The notes under the pieces are model-generated. The model saw nothing but the letters and a program-made list of their open reading frames with translations, made no database searches and had not been told where the DNA came from. This document shows positions 57,369-64,000 of a DNA stretch of 64,000 nucleotides, piece after piece (position 1 is the stretch's first letter; each line of letters starts with the position of its first letter). This DNA is from an uncultured Bacteroidaceae bacterium (GTDB taxonomy: Bacteria; Bacteroidota; Bacteroidia; Bacteroidales; P3): the NCBI GenBank assembly GCA_964606345.1, contig CAZSFV010000002.1, positions 4,175-68,174 on the forward strand, written 5' to 3'. The position numbers and the translations under genes are program-made.

Positions 57369-59651
57369 TTACCTGCCGAGCATAAAGCCTATCTCTATTC
57401 GGTCTTTTCCCTCCCAGCCTATGGGTTCGGTTTCGCTTTTGTCGCCTCGCCCGATTATTATCATTTTGTTCTTGGGTATACCGTTCTTGATGAGGAACTT
57501 GGTCAACAAATCGGCTTGTTGGTCGGATATTGCTCCGGCTTTGTCCGACTTGGCGGTGCAGACATAGACGTACATGGTTATTGTGTAGTTCGTTCCGCGG
57601 ACACTTTTGGCGAAATATTCAAGATCGCGTCGTCCTTTGTCGGTAAGCTGGTTGCGTTTCTTGTCGGAGAACGGGTTGTCGATTATAAGGAACTTCTTTG
57701 TCGAGACTAAGTCCTCTATGTCGTGAACAACAATCTGCGAAAGGTCGGAAGAGAATACGTTTATGTGGTTATTGTACTGCGAATGCAGAGTGTAGGCCTG
57801 TTCGGGTTTCAAATAGGAGAAATAGCCTTGCGAGTTGCTGTGAGTGATATAGAGAGTGTCAAGCGTCAACGAGTCAAGTATCAGAACTTCTCCGCTGATG
57901 AATTTGCCGTTTTGGTTCAACAGATAACCGTCTATAAATTCCATAGGAGCATCAAGGGTAAAGACTTTTGGGGTTTGGTCTTTTCCTCCTTTGACAATCA
58001 GTTCCTTTTCTCCAACTTCCAATGCCACATCATCGTAGGGGGTGTTTATTTCGCCGCACAGCAGTATGGGGTTGCTCCAGTTGTCCCATCTCGTTGTGTC
58101 TTCGCGATGAGAAACATATATATCCAAGCCTCCGTAATTCACTCCCGCATTTGAAGAGAAATAAAGGGTCTTTTTGTCGGGCGAAAGCACCGGATTGCAC
58201 TCGTCATACCTGCTGTTGACCGGTTTGGGCAAAAGAAGAGTGTCCTGTTGACCTGTCGGTCTGTTCACGATTCGGTATATATCTCTGTTGCTTGCCGAAC
58301 CATCGTAACAGAAGCCGTTCAGGTTGTGTGCCGATATTAAAAGCGGATTTTCCTTTTCTGCCACAACAATGTCGGTATAGTCTTTCTGCTCCACATAAAG
58401 GGGCAGCAACTTGGATTGTTGCAAAGGCAGGGTGAGCGAAGAGTAGATCTGTTTATTGGGATTTTTGGAAGCCTCGGTCTGAGTGAGGTATTTGCGTATT
58501 AGAGCATAGGAATGAATATTCCCGTTCATTTTGAAAAGGGCTTTGTTACTTTTGAAATCCTCGGCACTTATGCTTTGTTTGGACAAAAGCCCGTCTATGC
58601 TCTTTCCCGTCTTCTCCGCTTTCTGCACATAGGACGACGAAGCCAAGGACGGAAAGGCTGCCACAAGGTTTTCAATGCTTGTTTTCCGCGTATCTGTGAG
58701 ATAGTCCTTTGCAAAAGCATCAAGCGTTTGAGAAGCAGTGTCGAACTCCTGCAAAACCTTCATGCCTGCAACGGAAAGCTGATCGAGGGTTTGCGTTTTC
58801 AGTCTGTCGTAGGCGTAAGTCCACTGCGAATGCTTGGTATTGGTGGTAACAAAGTCCATAAGGTCAGTTATCTTTCCGCTTCGCATGGCATTGTCATACA
58901 CAACCTCCTCCAATTTCTGCTGAACCGACTTCCGAAAAGAACCCTCCGGGTATTCGGAAAGATATTCGTTGTATGCCTCGACCGTGTTCTGCTCCAAGGC
59001 TCGGTTGAACACAAGCTTCTCTATGGTGGACTTTGCCCTGCTCGTGTATTTTGAGTTCTCGTTGTTTTTCACAAACTCTCTCAATTTCTCCAAATCTTCG
59101 CTTTCCAAGATTTTTTCTACAAACAATCGGTCTATCTCTTGCTTTGCAAAACTGCTCTGCAAGGCTTTGGGATATTTTTCCACATACTCTTGATATGCTT
59201 CGAGCGTGCCTGTTTTCTGCGCCCTGTCAAAGGCAAGCTGCTCCAACATTCGACCGGCCTCCTTGGTGTAGGCAGTCTCTTGCTTGAAGCACTCCATAAA
59301 TTCTTCTGCCGATTCTACTTGTTTATTTTGGTAGACCTCAGTAAGGGCTTCACGCACCAATTCGGTTGTTTCCAACTTGCGGCTGTTGCTCTGTTGATTG
59401 AACAAGTTTGCACAGCGGTAAGCCATGCAGAGATTGCGAGAAGGATTGTTCTTTTCGCTGTAGTAACGATACAGAAGCTCCAATCGTTCCAAGTCGTTGG
59501 TATCTTTGTATGATGCATTCAACTTCTCCAAGGCTGCCTCATACTCTCCGTTGTTCATCATCTTGTTGATTGAACCGGATTGACCGTAAGCGGCAATGCC
59601 CAGCGTCAAAACGCCAAACATGAAAACAATCAATGTTCGTGTAAATCTCAT
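57369..59651 (-). CDS. OmpA-family protein with N-terminal TPR-like helical repeats and PD40/TolB-like beta-propeller repeats
   Basis: Signal peptide; repeated ..AY.EY...YP helical units; NPVLSPDKKTLYFSSN (PD40-like); degenerate OmpA-like C-terminus (ADLLTKFLIKNGIPKNKMIIIGRGD). Confidence 0.7.
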   Translation of the reverse strand: MRFTRTLIVFMFGVLTLGIAAYGQSGSINKMMNNGEYEAALEKLNASYKDTNDLERLELLYRYYSEKNNPSRNLCMAYRCANLFNQQSNSRKLETTELVREALTEVYQNKQVESAEEFMECFKQETAYTKEAGRMLEQLAFDRAQKTGTLEAYQEYVEKYPKALQSSFAKQEIDRLFVEKILESEDLEKLREFVKNNENSKYTSRAKSTIEKLVFNRALEQNTVEAYNEYLSEYPEGSFRKSVQQKLEEVVYDNAMRSGKITDLMDFVTTNTKHSQWTYAYDRLKTQTLDQLSVAGMKVLQEFDTASQTLDAFAKDYLTDTRKTSIENLVAAFPSLASSSYVQKAEKTGKSIDGLLSKQSISAEDFKSNKALFKMNGNIHSYALIRKYLTQTEASKNPNKQIYSSLTLPLQQSKLLPLYVEQKDYTDIVVAEKENPLLISAHNLNGFCYDGSASNRDIYRIVNRPTGQQDTLLLPKPVNSRYDECNPVLSPDKKTLYFSSNAGVNYGGLDIYVSHREDTTRWDNWSNPILLCGEINTPYDDVALEVGEKELIVKGGKDQTPKVFTLDAPMEFIDGYLLNQNGKFISGEVLILDSLTLDTLYITHSNSQGYFSYLKPEQAYTLHSQYNNHINVFSSDLSQIVVHDIEDLVSTKKFLIIDNPFSDKKRNQLTDKGRRDLEYFAKSVRGTNYTITMYVYVCTAKSDKAGAISDQQADLLTKFLIKNGIPKNKMIIIGRGDKSETEPIGWEGKDRIEIGFMLGR

Positions 59652-59676
59652 TGCAAAAAAATTATTCGGTAAATGC

Positions 59677-62385
59677 TTACTTGATATCTGTTATAAAGTC
59701 CCGTATCCACAAATCTTCCACTTGTATATCGACCGTATAACGTCCCTTTTGTATATTCTTGTCAAACACTAAAACGTTTGAATCAAATTCTTGTTCTTCT
59801 ATAATGTTGCGATTTTTGTCCGACACCCTTACCTTTTGAAGTCGGTGTGTTCCATCGCCGTAAACCAAAATCCTTCCATTGTCATTCCATATGTATATGC
59901 CGGAATATTCGGGGTGAATTTCGTATATGTTCACCGCTTTGTTCAAATAAATACGGTAACGGTCATCGGTATTTCCGCTTTTCAAAGAAGCAGTGATTCT
60001 GTTCGGCAGACAAAGGTCATAAAACTTGTGTTCGTATCTGTCTTCTATCATCACGCTGATGTTTTTTGGAAGAACGGACAAATTGTCAAGTCGCAAACCC
60101 ACCTCGGCTTCCTTGCCTATATAAAGTCCTATGTCGAAAGCTGCAGGGTAATCGGGAAAGGTGTTGACAGAAAGCTCATCGTCTCCGGCAATAAAGTACA
60201 CCTCCGGCATATCCTCGCTTATACCGAACATCTTGTGGGCATCGTATTCATCGAAGCCATACTTGGCATCATCTATCATACCCATCAAAGTGTATTGTTG
60301 CCTGCCGCCGACAGTTGCCACCAAAGAAAGATAGTTGTGATTTCGGGTTGTACCTCTTCCTGTTTTGGGAATGTATTGATGATTTCTTTTGAAAGTGATT
60401 TCTCTCCCGTCTTGCATCGCCTCAACAAAGAAAGACTCTAACGAAGGTATCATAACCTCCTCGTTTTCGTCCACTATTATCGGATTATACACCTTGTTTT
60501 CTCTGTCAAACAAGAATATGGCATTTCCTTGTATCTTTCCGTCTATATCTTCAAACAATTTACCCGTACTCAATGGTGCGGTAAACGGATTTCCGACCAA
60601 GTTCCATTTGTCATTGTTCTTTGTACTTAGCGCAACGGTAGTTTTGCTGTTGCAAAGTATGCCTTCGTATTTCACATCAAGGTCTTCATGTGTGTAGACG
60701 GCATATCCGCAGCCGGGTTGCAAGATATAGTTGGGATCCATCAAGTATTCGCTCCAATGATCGCCATGCTTACTCACAACGCCTGTGTTGTATTTCATCA
60801 GCCATGTTTCATTGCCGCTCTTCCTCATGGAATACACCAATGCCCTCGCCTGATTGATTGGCGACGAAATGTAGTTCCATCTTTCCGACAAAAGGTTCTG
60901 ATGCACTGTAAAATACGAACGATTGCCATAAACGATGTCCCCCGAAACGTAAAACATCTTTCCTGTATTTATGTCTATGTTCACGTTGTCCCCCAAGACC
61001 AACATAGAACATACAACATTGGTTGTTACCTTTACTTTGCAACTGTCTTCGATGTAAACGAAATCCTCCATATTCGGTTCTCCCTCCGGCTCCCATATTG
61101 AAGGGTCATTCCAATTTCCTGAGCGGACAAGGCGCTTCGGCTTCGGAAAACCAAGATAGAAGTTCGTTATTTCACGCTCGTTTTTGTTGCTTATGGATAT
61201 CTCCAACTTGTTTGCGGTGGCAGGAGGTTGGAGAGGCACACAATAATCATGCACCTTCGGCTCATCGCCATACTCTCTCAGAAGGGTATTATTCCTATAC
61301 CATTTATAGGTTACGGACACATCACCATTCAAAACTTCATTTCCATACAATGCTTGTTCGTCTTGATTCTTGCCGATGTTCATTCGGAACTGATATTCCA
61401 AGCCCGAAAAAACATCTGCCGAAAAATTGATTGTCTCTTTCGCCGTTCCGCCGCTCTCTATAAGGTTCTTTCTGAACTCTGACGCCTTTGCACAAGAGCC
61501 TTCCAATGGTATGATTATATTTTTGGCAAGTCTTTTGGTTTTTATGGTCAATGTTGCTTTATGTACTCCTACTTTCTTCGGTGCATAGCTTATTGTTACA
61601 CTTTTGGGACTTGTTCTTATATCCACACTTTTTGAATCCACCGAAAAATATTCCATATCCGCACCGCTTATTTCAAGATGCACCGAATCCCTCAAATACT
61701 TACCATCGAGCTTTATTCGCACCATCTCAGGATAAGTGTAAGGCAAGGGAATATGATTGAAATCCACCCGCTTCACCTCGGCTGTTTTACCGTTCAGATG
61801 GCGAGTAAGCGATAGTTCCAAGGCAAGACCGTTGTAGGGATCGGTTTGAGAAGACACGCTTATGTTCCTTGTAGAAATTTTCGGGTCGTTTCCACTGCCT
61901 CTGAGGCGGGTGTATTTCCACGAAAGCTGTATCAGTTTGCGGTTGTTGCACTCTGCGGGAAGTATAACCTTGGAAAACGTTCTGCTTACGGCTCTCTTGC
62001 CTGTGTAAAACTCGTATGGACGCGAGCGAGAGTCCGTCACATCTTTCCACTCCGAAGTATCGGACAATCTGTATTGCAGTCTTACGCACCAACGCGCCCG
62101 CCTTGCTCCCGTAGAATAGTTTTGCCACGAAAGGCTTAGCTCTTCTTGATTCAGCGTTGAAAGGTTGAGTATAACTCTTCCTGCGTTCGTTTTTTTATTC
62201 TCAACCTCAAAGTAAATCGCACTTTCACCTGCTTTTCCGTTGCGGGCATCGAAGTTCTTCAATTCAAACATTCCCTTGTTCAAATCGTGAACAAACCTCG
62301 TTTCCTCACCGCCCTGCTGCGCATAAAGCCCAAAGGCAAAGCCGCAGACGAATAAACCGAGCAAGCATTTTGTCCTTATATTCAT
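59677..62385 (-). CDS. Large hypothetical secreted protein; possible T9SS-type beta-sandwich C-terminus
   Basis: Signal peptide MNIRTKCLLGLFVCGFAFGLYAQ. The C-terminal ~80 aa (VRVSDKNRNIIEEQEF...GRYTVDIQV) loosely resemble a Por-secretion tail. No other motif recognised. Confidence 0.55.
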   Translation of the reverse strand: MNIRTKCLLGLFVCGFAFGLYAQQGGEETRFVHDLNKGMFELKNFDARNGKAGESAIYFEVENKKTNAGRVILNLSTLNQEELSLSWQNYSTGARRARWCVRLQYRLSDTSEWKDVTDSRSRPYEFYTGKRAVSRTFSKVILPAECNNRKLIQLSWKYTRLRGSGNDPKISTRNISVSSQTDPYNGLALELSLTRHLNGKTAEVKRVDFNHIPLPYTYPEMVRIKLDGKYLRDSVHLEISGADMEYFSVDSKSVDIRTSPKSVTISYAPKKVGVHKATLTIKTKRLAKNIIIPLEGSCAKASEFRKNLIESGGTAKETINFSADVFSGLEYQFRMNIGKNQDEQALYGNEVLNGDVSVTYKWYRNNTLLREYGDEPKVHDYCVPLQPPATANKLEISISNKNEREITNFYLGFPKPKRLVRSGNWNDPSIWEPEGEPNMEDFVYIEDSCKVKVTTNVVCSMLVLGDNVNIDINTGKMFYVSGDIVYGNRSYFTVHQNLLSERWNYISSPINQARALVYSMRKSGNETWLMKYNTGVVSKHGDHWSEYLMDPNYILQPGCGYAVYTHEDLDVKYEGILCNSKTTVALSTKNNDKWNLVGNPFTAPLSTGKLFEDIDGKIQGNAIFLFDRENKVYNPIIVDENEEVMIPSLESFFVEAMQDGREITFKRNHQYIPKTGRGTTRNHNYLSLVATVGGRQQYTLMGMIDDAKYGFDEYDAHKMFGISEDMPEVYFIAGDDELSVNTFPDYPAAFDIGLYIGKEAEVGLRLDNLSVLPKNISVMIEDRYEHKFYDLCLPNRITASLKSGNTDDRYRIYLNKAVNIYEIHPEYSGIYIWNDNGRILVYGDGTHRLQKVRVSDKNRNIIEEQEFDSNVLVFDKNIQKGRYTVDIQVEDLWIRDFITDIK

Positions 62386-62386
62386 T

Positions 62387-63838
62387 TTATCTTCCGACCG
62401 ACTTTATTTTATAGCCCTCCATCTCATAGAGAACGGTTCTTTTGTTTTGGTATCCCCCTTCCTCTCCTTTTCTTTCGAAGTGAAACGGATTTATCATGCC
62501 GTCAACACTGTTGGTATTGGGATTATCCATAAATTCATCACCGTTTTCAATCAAGCTATGAACGAAATAAGTTACTATATCGTACCCCAAGGCAGCATAA
62601 ATTTTGTCCGGTTCCGTCTTAAAGTGCTTCCTATACTCTTTTACGAAGTTCACGAAGTTTGCATTGGTGTAATCGCTCAAATAACTCAAAGTAAAATGGA
62701 AGTTAAACTTCTCTAACAGGGATAAATCCACCGAATTGGTCTCACACCACGAGTAATTGCCGAACAAGCTTATGTCTGCCGTCTTCTTGGTTGCCAAAAG
62801 AGAAAGCAGCTTCTTCACAAAGCCGTCTTCATCAGCCTTTTCATTCCTGTCTGTCAGCATTATGACAACATTCTTCTTTGTCAACGATATTTTTGAAGGC
62901 ACTTTGCCGGAGTACTTACCGTAATCCATTATCGAAAACATCATATTGCTCTTCGAAAGCAGCTGTTCAAAGTAGTCTGCCGATGCTTTGGCTGTTCCGT
63001 TATTGTCATACAATATAATAATGTTGTCATCTGCGTGTTTGGCTCTGAGATGCCGAACAATGGTTTCCACTTCCGTTGCCGGCGAAGGCTGTATCTTGAA
63101 AGTGTATGCATTATTCAAAATAGCCAAATCCGCACTCATTGGATTAACCACGGGAATCTTGTGTTCCTTTGCAAACTGTGCGACAACGGAAAAGTTTTGC
63201 TTGAAGACCAACGGAATAATCAAGTCCATATCCTTCATTTCCGCCGAATTCAAAGCCGTATGCATTTCTTCCAAATCATTTTCCCCCACATCATAAACGT
63301 AACAATCGACCTTGTATCCGCTTTTCTCTATAACATCGAGGGCAATCCTTGCCCCTTCATAGAAGTTTATGTACTCGAAGCACTTGTATCGCAGTCTTTT
63401 TTTCTCGTCTATGTTGAATTTTGTAAAGGTCAGCTTATCTATTTCTTCGTAATTCAGGGGCAGCAGTATAGCAATATTCAGCTTTGTCTTCTTATCGATT
63501 TTCTTTTTCGGCTTTTTGTGAACGGTCAAGGTGTTATTATGCACCTGCGTTACCGATTCGGTTGCCGATGATGCGAAAAACTCCTTGTTCCTCACAGTAA
63601 TAGGAACTTTTATCGTCTGTCCGGCTTTTAGGTTTTGGGCTGTCAATCCGGGATTCAACTCCAATATATCTTTCTCTGTAAGAAAAAATTTCTTGGACAG
63701 TCGATACAGCGTTTCTCCTGCCTCAACCTTATGCAGTCCGACGGTGATGTCTTCGGACAAATCCTTGTTCTGCGAGAACGAAATCAAGCAGCAAAACAAT
63801 AAAACGACAAACCACCTAATCTTTACTCCGAACTTCAT
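62387..63838 (-). CDS. LysM domain plus type-I periplasmic-binding-protein-like domain protein
   Basis: LysM motif HKVEAGETLYRLSKKFFLTEKDILELNPGL....LKAGQTIKVP, then about 350 aa of alternating beta-alpha PBP-like sequence. Confidence 0.7.
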   Translation of the reverse strand: MKFGVKIRWFVVLLFCCLISFSQNKDLSEDITVGLHKVEAGETLYRLSKKFFLTEKDILELNPGLTAQNLKAGQTIKVPITVRNKEFFASSATESVTQVHNNTLTVHKKPKKKIDKKTKLNIAILLPLNYEEIDKLTFTKFNIDEKKRLRYKCFEYINFYEGARIALDVIEKSGYKVDCYVYDVGENDLEEMHTALNSAEMKDMDLIIPLVFKQNFSVVAQFAKEHKIPVVNPMSADLAILNNAYTFKIQPSPATEVETIVRHLRAKHADDNIIILYDNNGTAKASADYFEQLLSKSNMMFSIMDYGKYSGKVPSKISLTKKNVVIMLTDRNEKADEDGFVKKLLSLLATKKTADISLFGNYSWCETNSVDLSLLEKFNFHFTLSYLSDYTNANFVNFVKEYRKHFKTEPDKIYAALGYDIVTYFVHSLIENGDEFMDNPNTNSVDGMINPFHFERKGEEGGYQNKRTVLYEMEGYKIKSVGR

Positions 63839-63862
63839 AATCCTTTACTTGGTTCAACAAAA

Positions 63863-64000
63863 TTATTCCCACTCTATGGTTGCAGGCGGCTTGGAGCTGA
63901 TGTCGTAACATACTCTGTTGACGCCTTTAACCTTGTTTATGATTTCGTTCGAAACCTTTGCGAGAAAATCATACGGCAAATGCGACCAATCTGCCGTCAT
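63863..64000 (-). CDS. guaA: GMP synthase (glutamine-hydrolysing), 3'-terminal fragment; continues beyond the window
   Basis: The C-terminus ...[34 protein letters not shown] is the characteristic GuaA tail. Confidence 0.85.
   Translation of the reverse strand: MTADWSHLPYDFLAKVSNEIINKVKGVNRVCYDISSKPPATIEWE

Noticed and set aside
443-62716. Numerous 60-250-aa ORFs antisense to, or out of frame within, large well-supported genes. Examples: 3631-4242, 18589-19338, 27162-27626, 30206-30736, 37484-38323, 47881-48591, 51327-52049, 59791-60441.
   Set aside because: They lie entirely inside longer ORFs with clear homology-type motifs. They have biased, low-complexity or Cys/Arg-rich shadow-frame compositions and lack recognisable domains or start contexts. 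I treat them as non-coding shadow ORFs.
1-64000. Scan for rRNA genes, tRNA genes and integrase/recombinase genes that might delimit genomic islands.
   Set aside because: None were recognised in any intergenic region or ORF of the window. Both accessory loci therefore lack identifiable mobilisation genes other than the decayed IS at 6.9-8.3 kb.

Overview
The window looks like a Bacteroidales chromosome segment. Support for that: Bacteroidetes TAnnTTTG -7 promoter boxes, several T9SS C-terminal sorting domains, ppdK, a flavodiiron protein, a BspA-like LRR protein and a FISUMP lipoprotein. Finer taxonomy cannot be supported from this sequence. Most of it is housekeeping: rnhA, thrS-infC-rpmI-rplT plus rplS, gpmA, lgt, gcvP, ppdK, mltG, hisS, ygiQ and a guaA 3' end. 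These are interspersed with large T9SS cargo and surface proteins, an ECF-sigma/anti-sigma/periplasmic-sensor module and two ABC transporters. There are two accessory, defence-like loci. (1) 8.4-11.9 kb holds an McrBC-type system next to a decayed IS4-family element. McrC carries a single in-frame TAA, and McrB has a roughly 160-aa domain inserted between Walker A and Walker B. (2) 20.9-26.7 kb is a visibly AT-richer four-gene minus-strand block. Its core is a RecQ-type helicase fused to a ComF-like phosphoribosyltransferase, translationally coupled to a divergent DprA-like gene. It is flanked by a Schlafen/AlbA_2-type protein, a small XRE-like ORF and phased direct-repeat arrays. I consider this second locus the best candidate for an undescribed system: a ShosTA/PsyrTA-related hybrid that also mirrors the ComFA-ComFC-DprA competence trio. 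Other sequence-level observations: a dispersed palindromic ~70-100 bp intergenic repeat family at six loci; a perfect 182-bp tandem duplication that frameshifts a ~992-aa T9SS cargo gene; a 45-bp perfect palindrome inside the IS remnant; a small secreted Cys/His/Lys-rich repeat protein next to the ECF module; and a ~51-aa Cys-containing repeat module shared by two otherwise unrelated T9SS cargo proteins. I found no rRNA, tRNA or CRISPR array. All domain calls come from motif recognition by eye, not from database searches.
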